Positions 9,363 through 18,721 of a stretch of DNA of 64,000 nucleotides are shown here, in pieces. The DNA is from Polyangiales bacterium (GTDB taxonomy: Bacteria > Myxococcota_A > Polyangia > Polyangiales > JADJQN01), in assembly GCA_964202905.1 (NCBI GenBank), contig CAXNJO010000001.1, positions 736,001-800,000 of the forward strand, read 5' to 3'. The stretch's first letter is position 1, and every line of letters starts with the position of its first letter. The notes under the pieces were generated by a model. The model had not been told where the DNA came from and did no database searches. It worked only from the letters and a program-made list of their open reading frames with translations. Both the position numbers and the translations under genes were made by a program.

Positions 9363-10725
9363 TCACCACGTCTCTTCGGGGCCGGTCACCACGAAGGCCG
9401 CGGGGTCACGCTGGTTCGCGTAGCGCGCGCTCCGCCACGCCGCGCTCCGCACCACGCCGCTCACCTCGAGGTGGTCGTAGTCGCCGCGGTGGTGGGAGCC
9501 CGTCTCGGCGACCGTCTGGCCGCGCTGACCGCCGAGCCAGAAGGTCGGGGGCGCGATGCTCCGCGTGACGGGGCAGACGGACGGCGACCTGTCACGTCGT
9601 CGACGGTGACGACCGTCGCCTCGGGGCCGCCGATGGCGCAGACCTGATGGAATGTCACCATCACGGATCATGCGTCATGGAGACGACTGACGCTCGTCGG
9701 CGCGGGCTGCAGAGTCCGCTGCGGAGGCCCACGCGGCCGGACTCGGTGAAGACGCCGAAATCGGCCGACTCGAGGCCCGTGCTGATCTGGCCGAAGATCG
9801 TCGGATTCTTCCAGTTGGTCGCGTTGCTGCGGTCCTCGTCCGTCCGCAGCCACACGCAGACGGTGAAGGTGCGGAAGCCCTCGAGGACCGCGAGCGGCAG
9901 CGCGAGGTGATCGTCGACGCCGTCGAGGCGCTCGGCGCCCGCGATCCGGCCGGGCACGTCCTCGTCGCCGTCGTAGTTGCCGCGTGTGGCGTGGAAGGCC
10001 GCGGCCGTCGCGTCGAGGCGCGGGCGCGCGCCGTCCTCGGCGAGCAGCCACACGCCGCGGAAGTCCGCGTCCCACACCTCCGTGGGCGTGTTGGGCGTGG
10101 CCGCGCCGCACGCGCGGTCGCCGTAGTAGAGGTGCAGGCGCGTCGCCGCGGGGCCGCCGAGCGGGACGCGCACCCACGCCGCGAGCGCGCCCGTCTCGGG
10201 GTCGTAGGCCTCGGGCGCGTGGGGGAGGCGTGCGCCCGTCTCTGCGTCGGCGAAGAGGAGGTCTTCGCCCGACGCGAGCGCGTGGTCGCGGAGGCCGGTG
10301 TCCGTGATCGTGACGAGCAGCGGGAAGTCGGCGAGCGGCTCGGTGGCGCGCCCGGCGGGGACCGTCACGAGGCGGCGATGCGGGCACGCCGTGTCACGCC
10401 AATCGGCGGGCGGGTTCGCGCAGCCCGCGGTGTCGAGCCTGCAGTCCGTGTCGCAGCCGAGCGTGCCGCGCAGAAAGCCCGCGCTCCCGCAGCTCGCGCC
10501 GTCGAGGTCGTCGCCGTCGCACGCCTCTGCGCCCTCGCGCACGCCGTCGCCGCAGCGGGCGGCCCCGAGGTCGGGCGGGGCTGCATCGTCGCGCGGCGCG
10601 GCGTCGCGGGGGCGTCCGCCGTCCGCGTCGTCGCCGGGCGCCTGCCCGGCGCGATCGACCGCGCACGCCGCGAGCGCGGCGGAGAGCGCGAGGGCGCACC
10701 AGCGTGGGGAGGCGACGTTCGGCAT
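9363..10725 (-). pseudogene. DUF2341 + LamG-like lipoprotein, frameshifted near 9590-9710
   Basis: From ATG 10725: lipobox LAAC, CGDGVREGAEACDG repeat, DFPLLV...AWVRVP...LYYG (DUF2341-like), LDGVDD; the tail FHQVC... and GDYDHLEVS...RYANQRDP lies in other frames. Confidence 0.75.
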
Positions 10726-10771
10726 CAAGGGCGGTCTCCGGCGCGACGCTACCACGCGCGCGCGGTCGCCC

Positions 10772-11569
10772 TCAGGCGCGATCCTTGGCGCGGCGGACGG
10801 CGGCCAAGACCTCGACCGCGTCGTCGCTCGCCGCACCGCGGGCCCGCGCGAACGCCACGATTTCGGGCGCCTGCGCGCGCAGAAACGGGTTCGTCGCGCG
10901 CTCCTCGTCCACGCGCCCGGGGACGGTGGGCAGGCCCGCGTCGCGTCGCGCGCGCACCGCGGCGAGCCGCGCCGTGACGTGGGGGTTGCCGGGCTCGACG
11001 TCCCGCGCGAAGGCGAGGTTCTTCGCGGTGTACTCGTGACCGACCCAGAGCCGCGTGTCGTCGGGCAGCGCGGCGAGGCGGGCGAGCGAGCCGGCGAGCT
11101 GCGCGGGCGTGCCCTCGAAGAGGCGGCCGCAGCCCCCGAGGAAGAGCGTGTCGCCCGTGAACGCGTGCCCGGCGCCGACGTACGCGACCGCGCCGAGCGT
11201 GTGCCCCGGCACCTCGAGCACGCGCAGCGTCGCCTCGCCCACCGAGAGCGTGTCGCCCTCGCGCACGCCGCGCGTCTGCCCCGGGATGCGCCCCGCGGCG
11301 AGGTCGTGCGCGCTGCCGACGACCTCGACGCCAGGGTACGCGGCGCAGAGCGCAGCGACGCCGCCCGTGTGGTCGACGTGGTGGTGCGTGCACCAGATCC
11401 CCGTGAGTCGCAGGCCCCGCGCGGCGAGGATCGCTTGCAGCGGGGCACCCTCGGACGGATCGATGACGGTCGCCTCGTTGCGTGCCGGATTCACCAGCAG
11501 ATACGCGTAGTTGTCGTGCAGCAACGGGATGGGCACGACCTCGATCGCGGCCTGCGGGTGGGTGTCCAT
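10772..11569 (-). CDS. gloB: hydroxyacylglutathione hydrolase (glyoxalase II)
   Basis: DNYAY, THHHVDHTGG, PGHT, FTGDTLFLGGCGRLFEG, GHEYT, TNPFLR. Confidence 0.95.
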   Translation of the reverse strand: MDTHPQAAIEVVPIPLLHDNYAYLLVNPARNEATVIDPSEGAPLQAILAARGLRLTGIWCTHHHVDHTGGVAALCAAYPGVEVVGSAHDLAAGRIPGQTRGVREGDTLSVGEATLRVLEVPGHTLGAVAYVGAGHAFTGDTLFLGGCGRLFEGTPAQLAGSLARLAALPDDTRLWVGHEYTAKNLAFARDVEPGNPHVTARLAAVRARRDAGLPTVPGRVDEERATNPFLRAQAPEIVAFARARGAASDDAVEVLAAVRRAKDRA

Positions 11570-11624
11570 CGGGCGACGATACGCGCTCCCGCGCGCGCCG
11601 CGAACCGCGATACCGTCTCGCCCC

Positions 11625-12104
11625 GTGAGCGCCTCTCCGCACGACGGCTTCCAGCAGCGCAAGCGCGCGCTCGTGCTGCTCACCGTCGTCGCGACGCCGC
11701 TCGCGCTCGGCATGGAGACGCTCGTGCGCACGCAGGTGTTCCCGCTGTTCCTGGGCGGCGACTTCGACGAGGTGCGTGCGCTCCTCGGGCCGCCGCTCAC
11801 GCCCGTCGCGTGGGCGCTCTGCGGCGTCGCGCTCGTCGCGAACGTCGCTGGCTACGTGCTCCACGCGCGGCTCGTGCAGCGCGCCGTCGCGAAGCTCCCG
11901 CCCGCGCGCCGTGACGCGCCCGCCGAGCGCGAGCGTGCGGCCCTCGGCGCGTTCCTGCTCGCGGCGAGCGTGCCGCAGGTGCCGTGCATCCTCTCGACGC
12001 TCGCCTTCACCTTCGGTGCGTCGCTCGCGCCGGTGCTCGTGGGTGTCGCGCTCGGCTCGCTCGGCGTGGTGGCGCAGGCGCTCCGCACGCGCAGCCCGGC
12101 GTGA
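11625..12104 (+). CDS. hypothetical membrane protein (about 4 TM)
   Basis: Four hydrophobic segments, GC-rich third positions; TACCGT 8 nt before GTG 11625. Confidence 0.7.
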   Translation: MSASPHDGFQQRKRALVLLTVVATPLALGMETLVRTQVFPLFLGGDFDEVRALLGPPLTPVAWALCGVALVANVAGYVLHARLVQRAVAKLPPARRDAPAERERAALGAFLLAASVPQVPCILSTLAFTFGASLAPVLVGVALGSLGVVAQALRTRSPA

Positions 12105-12145
12105 AGGAGCCGCCGCTCGTGCGCGGCCGCGTGGCGGGGCGGCGC

Positions 12146-13384
12146 TCAGCCCTCGTCCGCCTCGCCGCCGTAGATGCCCTTCGCCATGAGCGAGGTCGCC
12201 GCGCGTGCGCGGGCCGCATAGATCTCGCGGCGCGCCTTCGCGATCCCCGCATCTCCCGGCGCTGCCTGCGCGGCCTGCTCCGCGAGATGACACGCGAGCG
12301 CGAACTCCCCACGTGCCGCGAGCTCCGTCGCGCGTGCGGAGAGCCGCGCCGCGCCGCCTGCCAGATCCGCAAGTTCGCGCGCGAGCGCGCTGCGCGGGGC
12401 GGGCTCGAGCGACGACGGGTCGCCATCCCACCAGCCGCCATAGGTGCGCCAGAGATTGCGCACGATGAACTCCGGCTGATCGTAGACGGGGCGCAGCCAG
12501 GGCCGCTCCATGAGGCGCGCCGGCGCCTTCACCGCGTGAATCACATCCACCAATCGCGCGCCCGCATTCATGAGAGAGAGCGTCTGATCGTGGAGTGACT
12601 CGAGCAATTCGGCCGTCGTCGAGAGCGCCTCCTGCACCGCGTCCTCGCCCCAGATCGGCACGCCGTGGCCGGGGCACAGCACCGCGGGACGCAGCGCCTC
12701 CATCGCGCGGAGCGCCTGCGCCCACTCGCGCGGATAGCGCTGCACCTTCTGCGGGTTGCCCGCGTTTGGCGAGCACCAGATGAAGAGATCGCCCGTGCAG
12801 AGCACGCGGCGCTCGGGGATGAACGCCCACGTCGCGTCGTCCGTCTCGCCGCGCGCGTGGTGGAGCTCTACGCGCAGCCCGCCGACCTCGAGTGTCAGAC
12901 CATCTTGGAAGGTCTCATCGGGGAAGCGGTACTCGCCCGGCCACTCGAGCTTCGTGCGGAACTGCCGCGCGTTGATGCACGCGTTGTAACCGCGCGAGCG
13001 CTGGTAGCGGCGGAAGCGCGCGGGCACGGCCTCGTGCGCGACGACGTGCGGGGCGCGCCAGCCGCGGGCGACGGATTCGGCCTCGAAGCGCTCGACGCCG
13101 AAGACGTGATCGACGTGTCCATGCGTGTAGACGACGTGCGAGACGCGCTGCGGCGAGAACTGCCGCACCGCGCCGTGCACCTGCGCCGAGAGCAGGAAGC
13201 TCCCGACGTCGACGAGCACGAGGCCGTCGTCCGTCGCGATGGCCGTCGCGTTGGCGAAGCTCGACACGAACGCGACGCGGTCGGCGACCTCCTCCCACGC
13301 GAGCAGCGGCGTGAAGGGCGAGGTCACGAGCGGGTCGATCTCGCCGGCCCAGTATTTCTCGAAGTGCGTGCGGATGAGCCCCAT
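12146..13384 (-). CDS. MBL-fold alkyl sulfatase family protein with dimerisation domain
   Basis: YTHGHVDH, HARGETDDATW, PNAGNPQKVQRY, PGHG, YGGWWDG. Confidence 0.88.
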   Translation of the reverse strand: MGLIRTHFEKYWAGEIDPLVTSPFTPLLAWEEVADRVAFVSSFANATAIATDDGLVLVDVGSFLLSAQVHGAVRQFSPQRVSHVVYTHGHVDHVFGVERFEAESVARGWRAPHVVAHEAVPARFRRYQRSRGYNACINARQFRTKLEWPGEYRFPDETFQDGLTLEVGGLRVELHHARGETDDATWAFIPERRVLCTGDLFIWCSPNAGNPQKVQRYPREWAQALRAMEALRPAVLCPGHGVPIWGEDAVQEALSTTAELLESLHDQTLSLMNAGARLVDVIHAVKAPARLMERPWLRPVYDQPEFIVRNLWRTYGGWWDGDPSSLEPAPRSALARELADLAGGAARLSARATELAARGEFALACHLAEQAAQAAPGDAGIAKARREIYAARARAATSLMAKGIYGGEADEG

Positions 13385-13528
13385 GGCCCGCCACGATAGC
13401 GCGGGTCGAGGCGCGCGCGGGGCCGCGTCGAGGGGGGGCGCGGCGGCCGGGTCGGCGAACACCGCTTGTGCGACGCGCGCCGCTGCGCGAGCCTCGCGCG
13501 CATGACGGGACGACACGCTTCGCGGTCG

Positions 13529-14335
13529 ATGGGTCGGCGCGTTCTCACGGCGGTGGGCGCGCTCACGCTCGCGGGGTGCGGCGCCGCGTCGTCGCCGTCG
13601 CACGCCGCATCGACCGGTCGCGTGTCGCACGCCGCCGCGCCGGCCGAGGCGGACACGCCCGCGCGTGCGCTCGCGCGTCGCGTCGCCGAGGCGGCGGGGC
13701 TCGTGCGGCTCTCTGAGGTCGCGGCGCTGCGCTTCACGTTCGTCGTCGAGCGCGACGGGCAGCGCGCGTTCGTCGCCGCGCACGCGTGGGATCTGCGCGC
13801 GGGGCGCGACCGCGTGCGGTGGACGGAGGACGGGCGCGCGTGGGACGTCGTCGTGGATCTGCGCGCGCGCACCGCGATGGGCAGCGTCGACGGCGCGCCG
13901 ATCGCCGCCGCGGACACGGCCGCTGCTGCCGAGCAGGCCTACGCCCGCTGGGTGAACGACGCGTACTGGCTGGCCCTGCCGCTCAAGGTGCTCGACCCCG
14001 GCGTGCGCCTCTCGCTCGACGCGCCGCGCGTGCACGAGGGCCGCACGCACGAGGTGCTCGCGCTCGCGTTCAACGGCGTCGGGCTCACGCCGGGCGACCG
14101 CTACTGGCTGTTGGTCGACCCGGAGACGCACCGCATCGCGCGCTGGGAGATGGTGCTCGAGGGGCAAGCGGGGCCGGCGCGCGGGACGTCGTTCGCCGCG
14201 TACGAGGCGGTCGGTCCGCTCACGCTCGCGCTCGATCACGCGAGCGACGACGGCGCGCGCCACATCCGCTTCGAGGGCGTCGCGGCCCTCGCGCAGGTCG
14301 AGCCGGGCGACTTCGCCGTGCCCACCGCGCCCTGA
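13529..14335 (+). CDS. conserved hypothetical lipoprotein
   Basis: Lipobox LAGC; conserved-looking WVNDAYWLALPLK and GLTPGDRYW motifs. Confidence 0.75.
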   Translation: MGRRVLTAVGALTLAGCGAASSPSHAASTGRVSHAAAPAEADTPARALARRVAEAAGLVRLSEVAALRFTFVVERDGQRAFVAAHAWDLRAGRDRVRWTEDGRAWDVVVDLRARTAMGSVDGAPIAAADTAAAAEQAYARWVNDAYWLALPLKVLDPGVRLSLDAPRVHEGRTHEVLALAFNGVGLTPGDRYWLLVDPETHRIARWEMVLEGQAGPARGTSFAAYEAVGPLTLALDHASDDGARHIRFEGVAALAQVEPGDFAVPTAP

Positions 14336-14470
14336 CGGCGCGGCGCGCTGAACGACGGGTGGCGTCGAACGACGCGGCGCACCGATGCCGGCGCATGCGC
14401 GCGCTGGGGACGCCGCCCCGGCGCCGACGAGCGATGTACGGCGGGGGCGCGATCCTCTAGTGTCGGCGAC

Positions 14471-15397
14471 GTGTCCTTCCGCGACGACGACGAGGGGCTC
14501 CGCGCGCGTGTGAACGCGCTCGAGGTGCGGAACGCGGAGCTCGTGGTCGAGCGTGACGCGGCGCTCGCCGCGGAGGCGGCCGCACGCGAGGCGGCGCGCG
14601 CGCGCCGTGAGCCGCAGGAGACGCCGCGTGACGCGTCGTCGCCCGATGGGGCCCGGGAGCTCGAGCCGCGGCGCGCGAAGCGCTTGTCTCGGCGAGAGCG
14701 CAAGCAGCAGCGACGCGACGCCGCCGCACGCGCGGAGGAGGACGCGCAGCGCTCACCCCGCCCGGCGGCGTTCATCCGCTGGATGGACGCCTACGGCGGC
14801 GCGACCGTGATGGCGTGCTGTGCCGCCATGATGCTGCTCGTGGTCGCCGCCGGGTCGTTGTGGGTGCGTCGCACGAGCGTCCCGGTGCCGCTCACACCGG
14901 GCGCCTTCGCGCTGCCTTCGGCCTGCGGCTGCACGAGCCCCGGCGGCGTGCGCTACACGCTCGAGGCGGCGGTCGTGCGCACGCGCGTCCGCGACGATCT
15001 GCCGAGCCGCAAGCGCGAGTGGCAGCTCGACTGGTCGCTCTCCGGGCCGAGGGGCCGCATCCCGCTCGCGGGTCTCGGCGCGCCGCACGGTGCGCTCCTC
15101 GCGGGGGGCGACCTGCTGGCCGAGTCCGGGCACCTCTACGCGCTCGGTCTCGCGTGTCCCGCGGACGATCGCGTGCTCGTCGCGGGGTCGGATGCGGTGA
15201 CCGCGTGGTCCACGGAGGACGGCCACGCGCTGTGGTCCACCACGGTCATCGACGCGTTCGAGTCCGACGGCGGGTTCTTCACGGACCTCCGGATCCGCTG
15301 CTCGCCCGTCTCCGTCGAAGACGGAGAGGCGCGCTTCTCGCGCGAAGACGCCGCCGACGCGCGCGTCGACATCGACGACGGCGCGGTGCGCTTCTAG
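14471..15397 (+). CDS. hypothetical membrane-anchored protein (coiled coil, TM, beta-rich C-domain)
   Basis: MSFRDDDEGLRARVNALE coiled-coil start, one TM, PQQ-like GHALW segment; TAGTGT 7 nt before GTG. Confidence 0.7.
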   Translation: MSFRDDDEGLRARVNALEVRNAELVVERDAALAAEAAAREAARARREPQETPRDASSPDGARELEPRRAKRLSRRERKQQRRDAAARAEEDAQRSPRPAAFIRWMDAYGGATVMACCAAMMLLVVAAGSLWVRRTSVPVPLTPGAFALPSACGCTSPGGVRYTLEAAVVRTRVRDDLPSRKREWQLDWSLSGPRGRIPLAGLGAPHGALLAGGDLLAESGHLYALGLACPADDRVLVAGSDAVTAWSTEDGHALWSTTVIDAFESDGGFFTDLRIRCSPVSVEDGEARFSREDAADARVDIDDGAVRF

Positions 15398-16917
15398 CCC
15401 GGGCTCGCGACCGCCCGGGCCCGGCTCCGGCGGGGCGACGGCGTGATCACCTCGAAGGCGTCGCGGCGCGCGTAGAGCTCCACGCCGCGGGTGGGGCACC
15501 AGACCCGGCAGCCCTGCGCGGGGCGGATGCGGGTCGCGCCCGCGGGGACCGTGCCCGCGCGCACGTGCATCACCTCGCCGTGCCAGATGAGCTCCTCCTC
15601 GGAGCGCCACGGCTTCTCGTCCTCGTCGATGCGCGGCGACACGTGGAAGGCGAGGCTCTCGATCGTCGTCTCCATCACGGTCCGACCCTCCTTCGGGGCC
15701 TCGTAGCCGTGGTTCACGCGCACCACGTCGCCCGCGTAGAGGCGCGGGCCCGGCGGCTCGTGCCAGCGCTTGCGGCGCGGCGCGGGCGCGCGGCGCGCCT
15801 GCAACACCGCAAGGACCTTGCGACGTGGGCGGCGCAGACATCCGCGGCGCGCGTGACACTCGCGCAGATCGAGCAGGCGGAGCGTGGGGATCGTGGCGAG
15901 GGCCGAGAGGTCGAGATCGTCGTGCGCGTTCTGCAGGCGCAGCGTCTCGAGCGACGGGTGGGCGCCGAGCGGCGCGAGGTCCCGGAGCTGCGTGCAGCGC
16001 GAGAGATCCAGCGTGCGCAGCCCCTTCAGCCGGGAGAGCGGGCGGAGATCCCGGATGCCCTCGTGGCCCTCGAGGTCGAGGTGCGCGAGCTGCCGCAGCT
16101 CCCGGAGGAAGCGGAGGTCGGTGACGCCCGTGAAGGAGACGTCGAGCGCCCGCAGCCCGTGCAGCGCGCGGAGCGAGCCGTGCCAGAAGTCGCCCTCGTC
16201 GCACCAGCGCAGGCGGAGCGACTCGAGGTCCGGCAGCGCCTCGAGCACGTCGAGCCCGGAGAGATACGAGCAGTGGCTGAGGTCGAGCGCGCGCAGCTGC
16301 GGGAAGTCGCGGACGAAGGCCGGATATTGCAGGTGGTCGTCGCCGATGAGCGCGAGCTGCCAGAGCCCGGTGTGCTGCGCGAGCCCGTCGAGGGTGCCCA
16401 TCCGGTAGCTGGTGACCGGGTGGCCCGTCTCGGGATCGATGCGCTCGGTCACGATCCAGGGGCGCCTCACGCGGGCGCCGCGCACGACCCCGTCGATCGC
16501 GATCCACACGCCGAGCGCGTCCTCGGTGAGCGCGACGGCGCCGGGCGTCGCCCGGAAGGCCTGCATGGTCTGCCACGGGGATTCCGGCCCTTGATGGCGT
16601 TCGCGGCGCCGGATCATCGCGCTGCAGTGCGCGGGCACCGCGACGCGCGCGGCGTGCGGGTCGATCCCGTCGCCGAAGAGCGACGTCCAACCTTCGTCCG
16701 CGTCGGCGTCCGGCCACGGATCCCGCGCGGTCCACGCGATCACCTCGAGGCGGGTCTCGTGTCCGCCGCGCGTGTAGAGAAACGCGCGCGTCGCCTCGAG
16801 CGCACCGGGGTCGAGCGTCCAACACGGATTGGTGGGCGATTCCACGTCGGCGGGGGCGGACGGGCTCGGAGCCGCGCGCGCACCGCGCCTCGCGGGGGGG
16901 TTCAACGGATGGGTCAT
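15394..16917 (-). CDS. leucine-rich repeat protein
   Basis: About 7 LxxLxLxx repeats (LRALDLSHC, LESLRL, LRALDVSFT, LAHLDLEG, LRTLDLSRC, LETLRL, LRLLDLREC); GAGGAG upstream of ATG 16917. Confidence 0.8.
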   Translation of the reverse strand: MTHPLNPPARRGARAAPSPSAPADVESPTNPCWTLDPGALEATRAFLYTRGGHETRLEVIAWTARDPWPDADADEGWTSLFGDGIDPHAARVAVPAHCSAMIRRRERHQGPESPWQTMQAFRATPGAVALTEDALGVWIAIDGVVRGARVRRPWIVTERIDPETGHPVTSYRMGTLDGLAQHTGLWQLALIGDDHLQYPAFVRDFPQLRALDLSHCSYLSGLDVLEALPDLESLRLRWCDEGDFWHGSLRALHGLRALDVSFTGVTDLRFLRELRQLAHLDLEGHEGIRDLRPLSRLKGLRTLDLSRCTQLRDLAPLGAHPSLETLRLQNAHDDLDLSALATIPTLRLLDLRECHARRGCLRRPRRKVLAVLQARRAPAPRRKRWHEPPGPRLYAGDVVRVNHGYEAPKEGRTVMETTIESLAFHVSPRIDEDEKPWRSEEELIWHGEVMHVRAGTVPAGATRIRPAQGCRVWCPTRGVELYARRDAFEVITPSPRRSRARAVASPG

Positions 16918-17065
16918 CGGGGATACTCCTCGAGGTGCGCCGGGGACGAACGAGCAAGTGGCGCAGGCCTCAGACGTGCGCGACGCCGATCGATTCAACG
17001 GCCCTGCGCGCCTCGTGAACGTCACAAGGAGGTTGTCATGTCCGTCCGCGGCGCGTCCGCCACCG

Positions 17066-18721
17066 CTACCGCCGTCGCACGTGCACGCCGAAGATCGCGG
17101 CGCGGCGCTGCACCGTCGGGTCGAGCGGCGCCTGCTCGAGCGCGCGGATCGCGTGCTGCGCCGCCGCGCGGCGGTCGCCCGCGTTCAGGCAGCTGCCCGC
17201 GAGCTGGAACTCCCACTCGACGCGGTTGTGGAGCGTGAAGGTCTGGCCCTGCACCGCGAAGGCGAGCGCGGCCGCGAGCACGGCGGCGCCCGCGGCGCGA
17301 CGGCCGGGCGTGGCGACGGCGCGCAGCGCGGCGGTGAGGCCGTACCCGCCGAGCACGAACATCGGCAGGGCCATCGCGAGCCGGTAGCGGCTGCTCGGGT
17401 GGTAGAGCACGCACGTCACGAGGCAGCCGACGAAGAGGGGCGCATGGGCCCAGAGCGCACGCAGATCGGGCGCCATCGCGCCCGCCTCGCCGGGGGACGC
17501 CTCGCCCCGCGCCGCGGCCCGCGCGAGCGCCCAGACGCCTGCGAGCGCGAGGACGACGAACGCGCTCCACGCCCCGAAAAACAGGCGCAGGAAGGGCACC
17601 GCGTCGCGCTCGCCGACGAACCCGTACTGCCACGTCATCTCGCGATTCCCGAAGGTCTGCGCGATCTTACCCGGGGCCTGGGCGAGCACCCCGCGCACGT
17701 CGTAGCGCGCGAGCCGCTCGCGCAGGGAGGGCGCCTCCGCGGCCACGGCGTCGGGCGCGAGGGAGCGCTCGGCCTGACGCACCACGTCGAAGGGCGAGGC
17801 GAGCTCGCCGCCCTGCGAGAGCGCGCCGAGGTTCCCGTCGAAGCGCGCGGTGCTCGCGGTCTCGAGCGTGCGGGACACCGCGATGACGGGCACGAAATGC
17901 CCGCTGCCCGCGGCGTTCACGGCGCCGTTCGCGCCGAGCACGAGCGCGATCCCCGCGGCGACGAGCGCCGCGCGCCGCACGCCGACGAGGCGCGCCTCCC
18001 CACGCGCCCAGCGCGGCAGCGCGGCGAGCACCGCGAGCGGCAGCGCGAACACGAGGCTCGCGCGGGCGAGCACGGCGAGCGCGAGCAGCGCCCCGGCGGC
18101 GAGCGTCCGCGTGGGGCGCGCCGCGCGCACGCCCTCCGACGCGTAGGCCGCGAGCGAGAGCGCCGCCAGCAAGAGCCCGAGCGTCTCGCTGAGCAGCTTC
18201 GAGGCGTAGTACGGGAGCATCGCGTACGAGAGGGCGAGCCCCGCGGCGGCGAGCCCGGCCCGGGACCCGAAGCGCGCGCGCGCCGTCCGGTGGATCACCG
18301 CGGGGATCAGCGCGCTGAGCACCGCCTGCAGCACGAGCGGCGCGAGCGACGCCGCGCTCACGCCGAGCGCCGCGAGCGTGTAGCCGTAGAGCGGGCTGAA
18401 CGCGAGCAGCGCGGGCGTGCCGAGCCTGCCGGCGAGCACGTCGCGCGCCTGCTGCAGGTAGACGAGCGAGTCGCCGAGCGGCCCGTCGACGAAGGGCAGC
18501 GCCTGCGCGTACAGCGCGAGGTACGTCGCGTGGAGCGCGAGCGCGAGGCCCACGAGCGTGGCCTCCGGGTGTCGCGCGAAGAGGGAGGTCCGCGGGGTCG
18601 CTTCGGATGGGGCGGTGTCGGACTGTGTCGCGTCGGACTGCGTCGCGTCGGACTGCGTCGCGTCGGACTGCGTCGCGTCGGACTGCGTCGCGTCGGCGAC
18701 CGCGGGTCGCGCGTCGCTCAT
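17066..18721 (-). CDS. GT-C fold (ArnT/PMT-like) membrane glycosyltransferase with C-terminal TPR-like segment
   Basis: GDSLVY...FSPLYGY, LLSETL, SRYRL motifs in a polytopic protein; ATGA overlap with upstream gene. Confidence 0.78.
   Translation of the reverse strand: MSDARPAVADATQSDATQSDATQSDATQSDATQSDTAPSEATPRTSLFARHPEATLVGLALALHATYLALYAQALPFVDGPLGDSLVYLQQARDVLAGRLGTPALLAFSPLYGYTLAALGVSAASLAPLVLQAVLSALIPAVIHRTARARFGSRAGLAAAGLALSYAMLPYYASKLLSETLGLLLAALSLAAYASEGVRAARPTRTLAAGALLALAVLARASLVFALPLAVLAALPRWARGEARLVGVRRAALVAAGIALVLGANGAVNAAGSGHFVPVIAVSRTLETASTARFDGNLGALSQGGELASPFDVVRQAERSLAPDAVAAEAPSLRERLARYDVRGVLAQAPGKIAQTFGNREMTWQYGFVGERDAVPFLRLFFGAWSAFVVLALAGVWALARAAARGEASPGEAGAMAPDLRALWAHAPLFVGCLVTCVLYHPSSRYRLAMALPMFVLGGYGLTAALRAVATPGRRAAGAAVLAAALAFAVQGQTFTLHNRVEWEFQLAGSCLNAGDRRAAAQHAIRALEQAPLDPTVQRRAAIFGVHVRRR
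18617..18697 (-). repeat. in-frame 15-bp VNTR, 5 copies encoding DATQS
   Basis: GTCGCGTCGGACTGC-type units on + strand. Confidence 0.92.
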
